In this document: positions 9,343 to 20,469 of the stretch, one piece after another
How the letters are laid out: every line of letters begins with the position of its first letter
Numbering within the stretch: the first letter of the stretch is position 1
Source of the DNA: a virus
Reading direction: 5' to 3' (one strand)
Virus record (IMG/VR): IMGVR_UViG_3300009788_000009
Span: 3,934 to 67,933 of that record
Length of the DNA stretch: 64,000 nucleotides
Program-made: the position numbers and the translations under genes
The notes under the pieces: model-generated
What the model was told of the DNA's origin: nothing
Database searches by the model: none
What the model saw: the letters and a program-made list of their open reading frames with translations, nothing else

Positions 9343-12300
9343 TTAATCTATCCAAGTTTTAGTTAACGCAAATCCAGGGGTTAGTCTAAACAAACCTTTA
9401 CTTAACCCCGAATCAATAAAGGTGTCTGCCGAATCAAATGTAGGGCCTAATAACGAAGTTCCAGGGTACTCATCAAACCTAGTATCCTGTAGTATGTCAA
9501 ATCCAAAAGTTCCTATACCAAACATTGAGCTTCTTTGTACAGCTCTTAATACAGTCTGACTAAACGATAATTGTTCATAGAAAGCACTAGGGGCAATTAT
9601 ATTTTTAGCGAAGTCAGAAGCTAACATAACAGGTATCATACCTATAAAAGGTATAAGGGTTGCATTTCTAAAGCCATTTTCTGCAACGCTTTTAGCAACT
9701 CTTTTATAGAATACATTATGGAAGGTAAAAGTAAATTGTTTTAAATGCCACATTAGCAAGAATCGTGGGTCTGAACCCCAGGCCGGTCTATGTGCAGAAG
9801 AAGGACGTAGTACAGTTGAATCTACAAACTTAAATATAGCTTCCTGTACTTTCCTATTATTCTCAATATCAAGTAGTCCATCTGGAGTAAAGCTTAAGTC
9901 ACTCTTTTTAAGACCAATATCATTAAGCTTTTTAGCATTGTCGCTATGATCCGTTAAGTACGATATAGCCGATCGCATAGCACTTACTCGCATACCTTTA
10001 GTCCACCCCTCTAGTCCATTGAGTAAGAAGAACTTTTGGTTAATCTTTCGGAGGAAGGGGCTATCAATTAGCTCATTATAAGTATCTCCAATACGATCAT
10101 ACAACATTTGGCCGTCATTAATACCTAATATTTCGGCCATATTAAAATCAGGATCATTGGAAGGATTAGTTATTCCTATAATACCTGTTTTAAATGCCCT
10201 CCATGCATCTGACATTTTACCTGTACGTAAAGGTATACCCATAACATCAACAACAGAAGCAAAGAGAGCAAGGGGCAGAATGGCTAGGTTTTGCACAGTA
10301 AGGATACCACCTTGTATCTTGCGTAGTTGAGGACTCATATTATATGATAACGTACCTAGCAAAGCTGGTATAGTACGTGATCTTATAAACTCAACTTGTT
10401 CCCTACTAAGCCCTTTAACTTTAGCAATTTCTAGAGCTTGATCTATCTTAATACCGTTATGACCAAGGTGTCTAGTCATTTCAGCTCTATGAGTTGCTTG
10501 TCTTATAAAAGCATAAAAAACCTGCAATGGATCAGAGTTCTCATACTGACTTAATTCAGAGCGATTAGCCGGTGTAATTGTATCGAGTAATCCACTATAT
10601 AGTTCTTCACCTTTAGGGGGTCTACCTAGATCAAATTTAGTATCGCTGAAATCTATAGAACCATCATTCCAAAGTACAGCCGCTAATACCTCTTCAGCTT
10701 GTTCATCAGATAACCCTACTTTTCTGAGCTTATTTACAAAGCCTGTTCTATCCTTAGTTACAACACCTACGTTAAATACAAGGGGAGGTCTACGATTACG
10801 TTTAGTAATAGATACCGTTTCTCGTTTACCATTTAGAACCTGCACTTTAGCTTCTTCTAGATAGTTATAAATCTTAGTGTTTAAATCACGTATAGCTCTA
10901 CCAGCTTTAGTAGTAACTTTACCATCCCTTAATTCTTGAAACCCTGCTTCTAGTTCATTATTAGTATACTTATCTGCAATCTGAGATAGTGCTGTATTAA
11001 ACTGGCCTTGCATCATTCTTCTAGAAGGCAGAAAACCTATAGTGCTTTTTCTATCATTAGTCTCTTGGACTTGTATAGCATCTGCCAGAGCTTGCAATTC
11101 AGGTACTCTAGTTTCCCTAAGTACGTCAGTGGAACCTTTAATAACTTTCTTGCCTAAAGTAGTAAGCTCATTACTAACAGCTCTTAGAGCGTTATCAAAT
11201 GTACGGGTTTCTATTCTGTATACAGTACGTACATCGCTAATGGTCTTAAGATCACCAGTTTGGAAGGCAGTCATTATATGCTCACCAAATTGATGTGAGA
11301 GAGTAATACCTATTATATTAAGAAAGCTAGTTACAATCTTCCTAAACCAGTTTAAAGCTGTATCAGAGACTTGTAGATCACCGTTAGCCCTCATTTGATA
11401 AGCAACAGCTATAGCATAATCTGGATCAGTTTCTAATAAGGTTTGTTGCTCTTTCGTGAGCTTATACTTATCAGTTGTCATAAGCTCTCTCATCTTAACG
11501 AGAACACGACGATTACCGTGTATAGTTCTATGTAAGTCACGCCTTGCTCTCTGTGACTCATCACTAAAATCGAGGTTCTTTATATAAGCGAAAAATGTAT
11601 CTCTAGCTTCTAAAGAACCAAAATCACTAAGACCTGTTATAGCAGCTTCTAATTCTTGTTGGTTTCTAGCTAATACTTCTTTAAGGTCTTTTAATATATT
11701 CTTAATTTCTTCTTTACTAGGTGCATCAGCTAGTTTGTCATTAGCTTCTTTTACTACATCATTACCACCCCAAGTTCTAGCGCGTTGCGCAGCTTGCTGA
11801 CCATCTAACGAATCACCTGGGTTCTCTATTAGGTCTTCTATTCTACCTTGTTCATCGTTATAGTCTGCTACAGCCCTTTCATACTGACCCTGCTTACGAG
11901 CTAAGAGGCGAACATTAGTAGGGGAGAACATACGAGGGTCAGACTTCCATCTAGCATATCCCTGTGTGTCCATAAACTCCGCAAACTCCGCAAGAGGTAT
12001 TTTAGAGTCGGAAGATAAGTATATATCAGCACTATTTTTAAGTAGGTTGTTAAAATAACTTGTTCTGTTTACACTACCACCTGTAATATTAGCTATATCA
12101 CCTATCATCAAATAAGCTATATCACTAGCTTCTATGTCTTTCAGAAGCACACCAACAGATAATAGAGGTGAGGCTTTACCACGCTTCTGGAATTTACCTT
12201 TAGCGTCTTTAGGAGGTACTTTATTACTATCAGTTAAAAAGACCCTGAAATTCTTACGTACATTCTGCTCTGAAAGATTACCTTTACCAAGAGGGAACTT

Positions 12301-15300
12301 AGCATCAAGAAGTTGCTTAAGTTTTGTAATACCTGGAGGTATACGTTTTTCACTGAGGGGTCTAACCTTATCTCTAATAGTATCTTGCTTGGTAGGTTTA
12401 GCAGGTTTAGTAATCCTGTCTATAGTCTTCTGTTCTTTCTTACCAGGTTCACGATCTCTACCCTGGGTATCTACCCTAGCAGGATCAAAAGTAGTTTCTT
12501 GCTCTATAGGTTGTTCTTGTTGTTCTTTTGCAGAGAACTTAAACCCACCTTCGGGGGAGTCATCTAAAGCAGTCTCTAATTTCTCATCAGCAGCAGCTTT
12601 CGCATCAACAAGTTTATCCCTTATACCCTGTAGAGCCTTTTTCTTACGGAATAGTTTAGAAGAGAATGACCTAGCTTCTCCTACTGTATCAAACTTAGTT
12701 CTGTCAGACGTATGAAATTCAAATACTTCCTTCTTAAGACTTGTTTTATTAAATTTGCCAGCAACTCTATTCTTAATAGTTGTTGTATCGGCATTATACC
12801 CTCTTATTCTACGATCTAAACCTTCTATAGTTTCATCTAGTTGATCCAGAAATTCTATAGCACTTGTAACAGAACCTTTAGGAGCTGATTTATCAGATAA
12901 TTCTTTAGCAGATTTACTATTAAGTACATCTAACTCTGATTGCAACTTAGTAACTTGCTTACGCGCTTTGTCTCTACCAGCTAAACCTTGTCTATCTGTT
13001 TCTGCATCTAGTTTACGCTGCTTCTTTGTGGCGGCTTTCTTTTTAGTAGGTTTAAATTTAAACTCTTCAGACTGTTTAATAACTTTAAGTCTATCGCGTA
13101 AAGATTGGCGTTCTTCTCTAATCTCTTCTGGAGTAGTTCGTGTATCAGAACTCCTACGAACTACCGCAAGTATATTATCAACAGCTCTTACATTACCTTT
13201 ACCTTGTAAACCTTTTTTAATACCCCCAGGTATATTATCAGTCAGTCTCTCAAAAGCTTCTAATACAAATTGAGATACTTTACTTAGGTTATCACCTTGT
13301 AACCTACCTGTCTTATCAAAACTTTTAAACTCTTCTAAAGCTTGAACCTTAGCATCTTCATTGAATTGAGCAGGTAATATATCCTCTGGCTTCTTTTTGC
13401 CAACTTCCTTACGAAAATTAAGCTCCCTTGTTACAGCAGGGTCAGCAGCTTTCTGGAAGGCTGCATTAATAGGAACATCTGGAATACCAAGTTTAGGATC
13501 GCCAACTTCCTTACCTGAACTATCTCTATTCCTAACTTCAAAAGGGATTATTGGACCAACTACTTGCCCTTTTTTATTAATACTTTTAGGGTCGAGAAAG
13601 CCAACAACACCTGTACTACTGAATAGAGCACTAATACCCTCTTGAAGTAACCTTCTACTATTAAGATCATCCCGCGTACTACTAGATACAAAAGCGTTAG
13701 TACCACTACGAGCTTTTGCCCCTATAGTTTGGACTATAGATTGAGCTACAAATCCATCTACTTGTTTTTTACCTTCTCTACCCGTATTAATAGCAGCAGG
13801 ATGGATTTCAAATTCACCAGCTTCATTTTTAATAAGGGGGAATAGCCTTCCCGCCTCTGTAGCTTCACGAGTTTTTTGGCCAGATTGACGACGATTAAGC
13901 CTACTAAAATCTCTTAAGTCAGTTTCAGTAAGATTTAGATCTTCACTAGGTGATATAGATTTAACAGCCCCTTTAGAATAGTTATTCTTCAAGTGAGAAA
14001 GCACAGCTCTTGGGCCACCTTCATTTTCAGCTACGTCTAGAACATCGTCTAGTTGTTCAATGCGAGTAGCAAGGGAAGCACGTACTTCTTCTTGCGTAAA
14101 AGGAGTACCCTCTGTAGAGTCTATACCCTTCTCAGCTAATACTGCTTTGGGGTCTTGCCTATTTACATCAAATCTATCTTGCAAGTCTTCCCTTAACAGT
14201 TTAGCGTATTCTATAGGATCGAAGTTATTACGAGATATAAAATCTGTTATAGGTTCAATATCAGCCTGTGGGTTCTTGTCTAGTTCAGCTTGTAAAGTAT
14301 CTACTTCCCAAGGAGCATTATTAAACGCTGGTCTAAAAATAGTAGAAGTTTCACTCTTAGAAGTGCGGGGAGCTTGATCTTCAATAGCAAATATATCAGT
14401 TACATCTTGAGCCTTAAGACCAACCTTAAGATTAGATGGATCACCTTGTTGACCAGGTTGTATAGTGTCTACGTCACTATTACCACCATCTATAACTAGA
14501 TCACCCTCACGGAACTCTATATTGGACTCGCTTGTTTCGGGGGAATCAACTATATCTACAGAGCTACTATCTTGAGCATTAGCATCTACAAATACATCAA
14601 ACATACTATCAATCGCTTCTAGAGCATCGTTTTGTTCGAAACCAGGGAATAGAACTCTAGCAGCAAATTCTCTATTAGTACTAAATTGTTCGTCTGTAAT
14701 ATTGGGATTGTCAATAGTTATAGCAAGTATGGCAGCGGCTTGTATTCTATTACGAAGTTCAACATCTTGTATTTTAGCAAGTTGCCTACCTTCCAAAGCT
14801 TGCGCTACATTAGTAATATTATTATCTTTAAGTCCTTGAGTAACATCAGGTAAGAAGGTCGAGAACACATCTACGTCATCACCACTAGTACCAAAGATAA
14901 ATTCATTAGTTGCTATACGCTGGTTTTGTATATTTCTAGAACTTAAGCTCCCTCTCTCTTTATTCTTAGATCCAGAGAAAGCGTTGTCGATAATACCTTT
15001 GGCTCCACCTCTCTGTGAAACGATAGTACCCAATCCCTCCAGTGTTCTTCCTGCAACGTGTCCTTGTATGCCACCGGCAATACCTGCGAACAGTGCGTCA
15101 AGATAGTCGCTAGTGTCGGCTGAGTTTGTTCTGTTTGGATTTTGTAAGTCAAATAATATCTCCTCAAGAGCTAGTTGGGTTGTTTCCGTTATACCCTCAC
15201 CGCCTATATTTCTAACGGCAGCTCCTCTGTTAACTTTAAGTAAATCATCAGGAGTAATACTTCTGTTAAGACTCCCACCAAGTTTTCTGCCAACCCCTGC

Positions 15301-16044
15301 ACCTATAGCGGTTGGGATAATACTTTCAACAGCAAGAGAAATAGCAGTAGTTAAATTAGCTGATCTCTGACGTTGTTCTACTGGTTGTGCTGCAATAACA
15401 GGATCGGCTTGTTGTTGAGCAACAATACCGCCACGAACATCACCTTCTAATGCGGCAGCAGTTGTAACACCAGCACCTACAGCCTCAGCCCTACGTTGTA
15501 AAGTAGGGAGTTTACCTAGTAGGGGTTTTACTAATCTACCACCTACACCACCTAATGTACCAGCAGCTATAGATAGAAGTACAGATGGAGTAGCCTGTCC
15601 AAAATATGAAGCTATCAAGTTACCTGCATCACTTAAAGAACCATCTACATCTTTAAGAGAACTAATTGGAGGAGCAGCTTCCGCAGCTCTGCCAAACAAT
15701 ATATTAGCTTGACTTTCTAAGAAAGCTTGAGCCTGTAGATCACCACGTAATTCTGCCTTACGAGCACGAACCATGAAATCATTAGCATCACTATTTAGCC
15801 TTGTTGATTGTATAGAACGAGTAAAAGATTCAACGAGACTTAAAGACTCACGTTTAGGACGGGGTAAAGGTTGACCATCTGTTACAGGTCTTTCAGTAGG
15901 TGGTTCTACTATAGCAAGGTTATTACTAGGCTTAGGCGTAGCTGTACGTTCAAGATTAGGAGCATCCGTTTCTTGACGTATCTCTAATATATTAGGAGCC
16001 GTTGCTGGAAGCGGCGAATCCTCTGATCGTTCTAACTGAGCCAT
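9343..16044 (-). CDS. Giant (2233 aa) putative internal virion/ejection protein
   Basis: Last large gene of podovirus-type virion operon; Gly/Ala hydrophobic helices near N-terminus; no catalytic motif recognised. Confidence 0.7.
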   Translation of the reverse strand: MAQLERSEDSPLPATAPNILEIRQETDAPNLERTATPKPSNNLAIVEPPTERPVTDGQPLPRPKRESLSLVESFTRSIQSTRLNSDANDFMVRARKAELRGDLQAQAFLESQANILFGRAAEAAPPISSLKDVDGSLSDAGNLIASYFGQATPSVLLSIAAGTLGGVGGRLVKPLLGKLPTLQRRAEAVGAGVTTAAALEGDVRGGIVAQQQADPVIAAQPVEQRQRSANLTTAISLAVESIIPTAIGAGVGRKLGGSLNRSITPDDLLKVNRGAAVRNIGGEGITETTQLALEEILFDLQNPNRTNSADTSDYLDALFAGIAGGIQGHVAGRTLEGLGTIVSQRGGAKGIIDNAFSGSKNKERGSLSSRNIQNQRIATNEFIFGTSGDDVDVFSTFLPDVTQGLKDNNITNVAQALEGRQLAKIQDVELRNRIQAAAILAITIDNPNITDEQFSTNREFAARVLFPGFEQNDALEAIDSMFDVFVDANAQDSSSVDIVDSPETSESNIEFREGDLVIDGGNSDVDTIQPGQQGDPSNLKVGLKAQDVTDIFAIEDQAPRTSKSETSTIFRPAFNNAPWEVDTLQAELDKNPQADIEPITDFISRNNFDPIEYAKLLREDLQDRFDVNRQDPKAVLAEKGIDSTEGTPFTQEEVRASLATRIEQLDDVLDVAENEGGPRAVLSHLKNNYSKGAVKSISPSEDLNLTETDLRDFSRLNRRQSGQKTREATEAGRLFPLIKNEAGEFEIHPAAINTGREGKKQVDGFVAQSIVQTIGAKARSGTNAFVSSSTRDDLNSRRLLQEGISALFSSTGVVGFLDPKSINKKGQVVGPIIPFEVRNRDSSGKEVGDPKLGIPDVPINAAFQKAADPAVTRELNFRKEVGKKKPEDILPAQFNEDAKVQALEEFKSFDKTGRLQGDNLSKVSQFVLEAFERLTDNIPGGIKKGLQGKGNVRAVDNILAVVRRSSDTRTTPEEIREERQSLRDRLKVIKQSEEFKFKPTKKKAATKKQRKLDAETDRQGLAGRDKARKQVTKLQSELDVLNSKSAKELSDKSAPKGSVTSAIEFLDQLDETIEGLDRRIRGYNADTTTIKNRVAGKFNKTSLKKEVFEFHTSDRTKFDTVGEARSFSSKLFRKKKALQGIRDKLVDAKAAADEKLETALDDSPEGGFKFSAKEQQEQPIEQETTFDPARVDTQGRDREPGKKEQKTIDRITKPAKPTKQDTIRDKVRPLSEKRIPPGITKLKQLLDAKFPLGKGNLSEQNVRKNFRVFLTDSNKVPPKDAKGKFQKRGKASPLLSVGVLLKDIEASDIAYLMIGDIANITGGSVNRTSYFNNLLKNSADIYLSSDSKIPLAEFAEFMDTQGYARWKSDPRMFSPTNVRLLARKQGQYERAVADYNDEQGRIEDLIENPGDSLDGQQAAQRARTWGGNDVVKEANDKLADAPSKEEIKNILKDLKEVLARNQQELEAAITGLSDFGSLEARDTFFAYIKNLDFSDESQRARRDLHRTIHGNRRVLVKMRELMTTDKYKLTKEQQTLLETDPDYAIAVAYQMRANGDLQVSDTALNWFRKIVTSFLNIIGITLSHQFGEHIMTAFQTGDLKTISDVRTVYRIETRTFDNALRAVSNELTTLGKKVIKGSTDVLRETRVPELQALADAIQVQETNDRKSTIGFLPSRRMMQGQFNTALSQIADKYTNNELEAGFQELRDGKVTTKAGRAIRDLNTKIYNYLEEAKVQVLNGKRETVSITKRNRRPPLVFNVGVVTKDRTGFVNKLRKVGLSDEQAEEVLAAVLWNDGSIDFSDTKFDLGRPPKGEELYSGLLDTITPANRSELSQYENSDPLQVFYAFIRQATHRAEMTRHLGHNGIKIDQALEIAKVKGLSREQVEFIRSRTIPALLGTLSYNMSPQLRKIQGGILTVQNLAILPLALFASVVDVMGIPLRTGKMSDAWRAFKTGIIGITNPSNDPDFNMAEILGINDGQMLYDRIGDTYNELIDSPFLRKINQKFFLLNGLEGWTKGMRVSAMRSAISYLTDHSDNAKKLNDIGLKKSDLSFTPDGLLDIENNRKVQEAIFKFVDSTVLRPSSAHRPAWGSDPRFLLMWHLKQFTFTFHNVFYKRVAKSVAENGFRNATLIPFIGMIPVMLASDFAKNIIAPSAFYEQLSFSQTVLRAVQRSSMFGIGTFGFDILQDTRFDEYPGTSLLGPTFDSADTFIDSGLSKGLFRLTPGFALTKTWID

Positions 16045-16047
16045 AAA

Positions 16048-18420
16048 TTACTGCGTAGCTTGTCTAGTTAAATCAACAACACTTGATTCACTAAAACCTT
16101 GCCCCTGACCAAAGCCCATAAACTCACCTAACGTAAGAGTTCTACCACCCGTAATCTTTATGAAGTTAGTTCTTAACTCATTTCTAGAAAACTCACTACG
16201 AGCAGCTTCACCTAAGTTTGTAATAGTATCAACAAAACTTCTATTTCCAGTTACAGTTATACCAGGGACATTATTAGTAAGTACTTGTTGAGCCATTTGT
16301 TCAAAAGGTTGAGTGAATAGATTTGGGTCTACAGATAATTCAGCGTCTATAATCTCTTGTCTGAAATCTGCTACAAAGGCAGACCGCCGTCTAACTTGAT
16401 TTTGAGCTTGCTTATTTAGTTGAGGAAAATTAAGAGGCCTTAGTTCATTAAAAGTATTAAAGAACTGTGACCTACTTGGATTAGGATTCCCTTCTGCATC
16501 ATCAGGGAAACTTTCATCTAAAAATTGTATGGTATCTTGTCTAGCATCACCTGATAAATCACGTAGGAACTCTCTTTCATCTTGGTTTGCACCTATAACT
16601 GCGGTAGCAGCATCAAGTCGATTCCTTTCAGCAAAGGTTTCAGTACGAGCTAAGTTAGCATCTACAGCAGCAGCGGATATATCATTACGATCAGCTTCTA
16701 AGACCGGACCAGTGGTATCAAAATCTTCTGCTTTAAATGCATCTCTACCTTGCTGCAATATATTAGCAGCGGCAATAGTGTTTCGATTAAGCGCAGCACT
16801 AGCAGCACCCTGCTCATTTTTATTACCTCTTTTAAGTAAGTTTCTTAGATGCGGATTAGCTCTCTCTATACTAGCACGGGCGCGAGTAAGCAATCCTTTT
16901 TGATTACTTCTCGCATGTCTTTGTTGTCTCCTAAAGTCAGTTCTACGTGACCTAAGTTCCTTGCATATACTTTTAGTAAAAGAACTAGTACCAGGAAATT
17001 GACCTATATTGTCCTGAGAAGCCGAGGCTACAAAACCACCTTTAAGATTAGGAACAGCACTACCAGTACCAAGATCAACCTTCTCAAAACCTAAACCGCC
17101 TTCTTGGTTAAACTCTACTGTACCATCCGCCCCCACTTTTTTAAATATAGGAGTCGGACCCCTTTCAAGTTCAGGAGTGCCTACACCAGGTAATTCTATA
17201 CCACCAGCACCGTCTGGTCTACCCTCTGATCTAGCAGTTTCATTTATACCCTGTGGGGTAGGTAATCCAGAAATACTCCTAGTACCATTAGGTAATAAAG
17301 CACCATTAGCATTACTTGAGCTAGTAGCATCAGGTATAGCATTACGTTTATCAAGTAAAGCCTGTTGTTCAGCACTAGGTAAAACATTATCAACATTTAG
17401 GTTATTTTCAGCAGCGAATTTATTAGCAGCACCAGAATTAAAGTTTGCTTTAAGAAATTCAAATCTTTCTAATAGAGCAGCTTGATCAACACCATCACCA
17501 ACTTCAGCAACAGCGGCTTCACGTAAATTTGTTTCAGCAGGTATAGCAGATGGTGGTTTAACACCAAAGTCTAAAGCAAGGTTTTTATCTGCTTCTGTAA
17601 GTTGGTTAAAGTCGAATTGTTCGTTGCTAATTAATTCAGTTAGACGAGCTGCATCATCACGTACTTGTGTACGAGCAAGTCTTAAACTACGTTCAGAAGC
17701 ATTAGGACCAGCTAACCTAGCAGTAGCCTTTTCAATACCGGCTTGCCTAGCAAGTGTAGCGTCTTCAAGAGATTGTGGTGCACCAAACGAAAAGTCATTA
17801 ATCTCAAGACCACGTTTATCATCACCACTAAAGAAGTTCTGAAAAGCCGCTGCACCAGAACGTAGATTTTCATTTATGTTAAGTTCGGGTACAAACGGTA
17901 GAGATTCAAGACTTCTACTAAGCACATCAGGATCAGCACCTACTACACGAGGCGCAAGACCAGCAAACTCTTGGAAATTGAAATCTTGGTCTTGTGATTC
18001 AGTTTTATTAGTAAAGGCATCAATAGCACCAAATACACCCACTGCTGCACCACCCTTTTTAATCTTCCTTCCTTTAGGTTTATCAGTCTTTGTATCTGGG
18101 ACACCAGTTGTAGTTTTACCACCCCCACCGCTACCACTAACATTAGTAGGTTTTGAAGGAGTACCTTTAGGAGCTGAACCAGAAGGAGTACTAGGTGCTG
18201 GTTTACCTGTAGTCCTTCCTTCGGCAGCTAACCTAGCATCTCTACTGGCTCTAAAACGTTCCCTAAAATTTTGAGGGGAACTAGCTGTATTAGCAGGTTT
18301 ATTAGCCCTCTCTAAAGTAGCACGTTCATTAGCAAAGGTTTTTTTCTGTCTTTCAAGACTATCCTTAACCTGTTTATCAAACTTCTGCTTTTCATTAAGT
18401 ACTTTCTTTTTTCTAGCCAT
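16048..18420 (-). CDS. Putative ejection/internal virion protein (790 aa)
   Basis: Position before giant protein; basic low-complexity N-terminus, Ala/Gly/Gln-rich helical body. Confidence 0.6.
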   Translation of the reverse strand: MARKKKVLNEKQKFDKQVKDSLERQKKTFANERATLERANKPANTASSPQNFRERFRASRDARLAAEGRTTGKPAPSTPSGSAPKGTPSKPTNVSGSGGGGKTTTGVPDTKTDKPKGRKIKKGGAAVGVFGAIDAFTNKTESQDQDFNFQEFAGLAPRVVGADPDVLSRSLESLPFVPELNINENLRSGAAAFQNFFSGDDKRGLEINDFSFGAPQSLEDATLARQAGIEKATARLAGPNASERSLRLARTQVRDDAARLTELISNEQFDFNQLTEADKNLALDFGVKPPSAIPAETNLREAAVAEVGDGVDQAALLERFEFLKANFNSGAANKFAAENNLNVDNVLPSAEQQALLDKRNAIPDATSSSNANGALLPNGTRSISGLPTPQGINETARSEGRPDGAGGIELPGVGTPELERGPTPIFKKVGADGTVEFNQEGGLGFEKVDLGTGSAVPNLKGGFVASASQDNIGQFPGTSSFTKSICKELRSRRTDFRRQQRHARSNQKGLLTRARASIERANPHLRNLLKRGNKNEQGAASAALNRNTIAAANILQQGRDAFKAEDFDTTGPVLEADRNDISAAAVDANLARTETFAERNRLDAATAVIGANQDEREFLRDLSGDARQDTIQFLDESFPDDAEGNPNPSRSQFFNTFNELRPLNFPQLNKQAQNQVRRRSAFVADFRQEIIDAELSVDPNLFTQPFEQMAQQVLTNNVPGITVTGNRSFVDTITNLGEAARSEFSRNELRTNFIKITGGRTLTLGEFMGFGQGQGFSESSVVDLTRQATQ

Positions 18421-18430
18421 GATTCACCTA

Positions 18431-20467
18431 TTAAGTTGGGCAACCTACTACAATCTCTGAGTCAGAAGTCCAGCTACCACTTGAAGAGTTAGAAGTGCTA
18501 CAGGCTGTAGAATCTGATTGACCTACAGATTCCGAGAATCCAATTGACTCACTACCATTAGCACTAACATTAGCACCACCATTAACCGTAGCACCAAGAT
18601 GCATAGCTGCAAGAGAGCCTGCGGTTATAGTTGAAGCTATATCACCGGAAGCAGATAAAGCTCCTAGTGCTACTCTAGCCTGTTGAGTTAGAGCTTCTAT
18701 CTGTGTTCTAAACTTAGAAACTTGTGCTTCAAAGAAAGCAATATTGGTTCGATTAGCTGCATCCCAAGCTGCAACCACAACTCTATTCTCGCTCTCTATG
18801 ATACCACCATCAGCTATAAATTTCTGAGTATCGGCTGAGAACCCCGTAACATCAGCTTGAATACGTTTTAATTGAATATCTGCTCCAGCTATATTACCTT
18901 GCAACTCAGCAAGATAGGTTTGAATAACAGCTTCAATTTTACTTACTTCGCCGCGTAAAGCAGCTACTTCGGCAGTAACGCCAGAACTAAGACCTTCGAT
19001 CTCTGCTGCATAGGCTCTTGCTTCACTCTCAATGATCGTTGCTTTAGCCGCTTCGCCTCTGACTTGTGCTTCAAAAGCGTCGAACTTAAGTTTCTCTGCT
19101 CCAATTTCTGCTGCATATGCTTCTACCTTTGATCTAAAGGCTTGTATCTCTACCGCATATATTTCTGCCCGTATACCTGTAGCACGAACTTGTGCTTCAA
19201 ATATATCGACAAAGACTTTACGCGCTTCAATTTGAGCTACAAAAGCATCTATAAGAACTTTATTAGTTTCTGCCTTTACTCGTTCAGCATCTATTAGAGC
19301 TTTAAAAATATCAACTTCTGCTAAAGCTGCTCTTACCTGAGTTTCGAACACTGTTGCTCGTATTTCAACTTCACGCATACGAGCATTAAATACTGTTACT
19401 TGTAAGTTATATAGTTCTATTTGAGAGGTTAAATCAAGACGTTTAACTTCAAATAAACGTTCTACGGCAGCTAAATGAAGTCTAACAAATACTTCTTCCG
19501 CTGCTATACCTTGCTGAACAGCTAACCTCATATTAGCTAACTCTTCATCAAAGATCTTTATCATAACTTCACGACTAAGACCAAGCTTCTTTAAAAGACC
19601 CTCTTCCCTTATGTTATCAATTCGCTCCACCAAAACTCCAGGGGGAGAAGAGTAACCACGGGAGGCCATTTCTTCAACAGCTTGAGAGACAGCTTGTTTA
19701 ATTAGTTTATCTTCTCTATCTCTTGATCTATCTACAATACCTTGTTCAACTGCGATATCAATTGCTAAACCACCTGCTAACATATCTCTTATTTTAGCAA
19801 TTGATTCATTAATAATTACCTCAGTATAAACAGGTTCTTGCCAATCTATTAAAGTACCTATAATAGGATCATTAACAGTTGGAAACTGAGGATCAAATGT
19901 TGGTATAGTCACCCCTGCAAACTCTGGAGTAGTAATTTCAGCCAGTTGTGGTTCTAGTGGAAAAGTAATAGGTTCTAGAACGGGGAACACAAGCACAGGT
20001 GCGGCAGGGGGTAAACCTGGCGATGTTATCTCGTTCCTAATTGGAGCAGAAGGAATAGATAGTCCATCTATACTAGCTTGAAACGTAGGTATGTTAGGAG
20101 CTACAACAGTAGGTAAGTCACCAACCGTAGGAGGTGGAGGCACTACGAAGTCTTCAATAGTACCAAAGTCAGTCCTAATGAAAATTGGTCTACTAGGATC
20201 AAAGGGTATAGCTGGATCAATAACTGGTAGTATATCTATATTAGGTATCTCAAAAGTAATATCTTTGAGACTATCTATAGTACCAATAGCAAGATTATAT
20301 GGATTACCCGCTACAGCGGGGTCTACCAAGTTACGATTTTTAAGGATTTGTTGGGTAACAAATCCGCTATCTGGATTAGCAAGGCTGTTAACTATAGCTG
20401 ACGCAGTTGTGAAGGGATTACCACTAAACTGTCCAGGGTCAGTAACCGTAGAAAACTCTCTCGGCAT
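18431..20467 (-). CDS. Virion protein with Pro-rich N-terminus and long coiled coil (678 aa)
   Basis: Repeating A.FEAQV.A heptads; location in virion operon. Confidence 0.65.
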   Translation of the reverse strand: MPREFSTVTDPGQFSGNPFTTASAIVNSLANPDSGFVTQQILKNRNLVDPAVAGNPYNLAIGTIDSLKDITFEIPNIDILPVIDPAIPFDPSRPIFIRTDFGTIEDFVVPPPPTVGDLPTVVAPNIPTFQASIDGLSIPSAPIRNEITSPGLPPAAPVLVFPVLEPITFPLEPQLAEITTPEFAGVTIPTFDPQFPTVNDPIIGTLIDWQEPVYTEVIINESIAKIRDMLAGGLAIDIAVEQGIVDRSRDREDKLIKQAVSQAVEEMASRGYSSPPGVLVERIDNIREEGLLKKLGLSREVMIKIFDEELANMRLAVQQGIAAEEVFVRLHLAAVERLFEVKRLDLTSQIELYNLQVTVFNARMREVEIRATVFETQVRAALAEVDIFKALIDAERVKAETNKVLIDAFVAQIEARKVFVDIFEAQVRATGIRAEIYAVEIQAFRSKVEAYAAEIGAEKLKFDAFEAQVRGEAAKATIIESEARAYAAEIEGLSSGVTAEVAALRGEVSKIEAVIQTYLAELQGNIAGADIQLKRIQADVTGFSADTQKFIADGGIIESENRVVVAAWDAANRTNIAFFEAQVSKFRTQIEALTQQARVALGALSASGDIASTITAGSLAAMHLGATVNGGANVSANGSESIGFSESVGQSDSTACSTSNSSSGSWTSDSEIVVGCPT

Positions 20468-20469
20468 GA

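Noticed and set aside
9343-16044. Virion RNA polymerase call
   Set aside because: No recognisable RNAP catalytic motif by eye; left as putative ejection protein.
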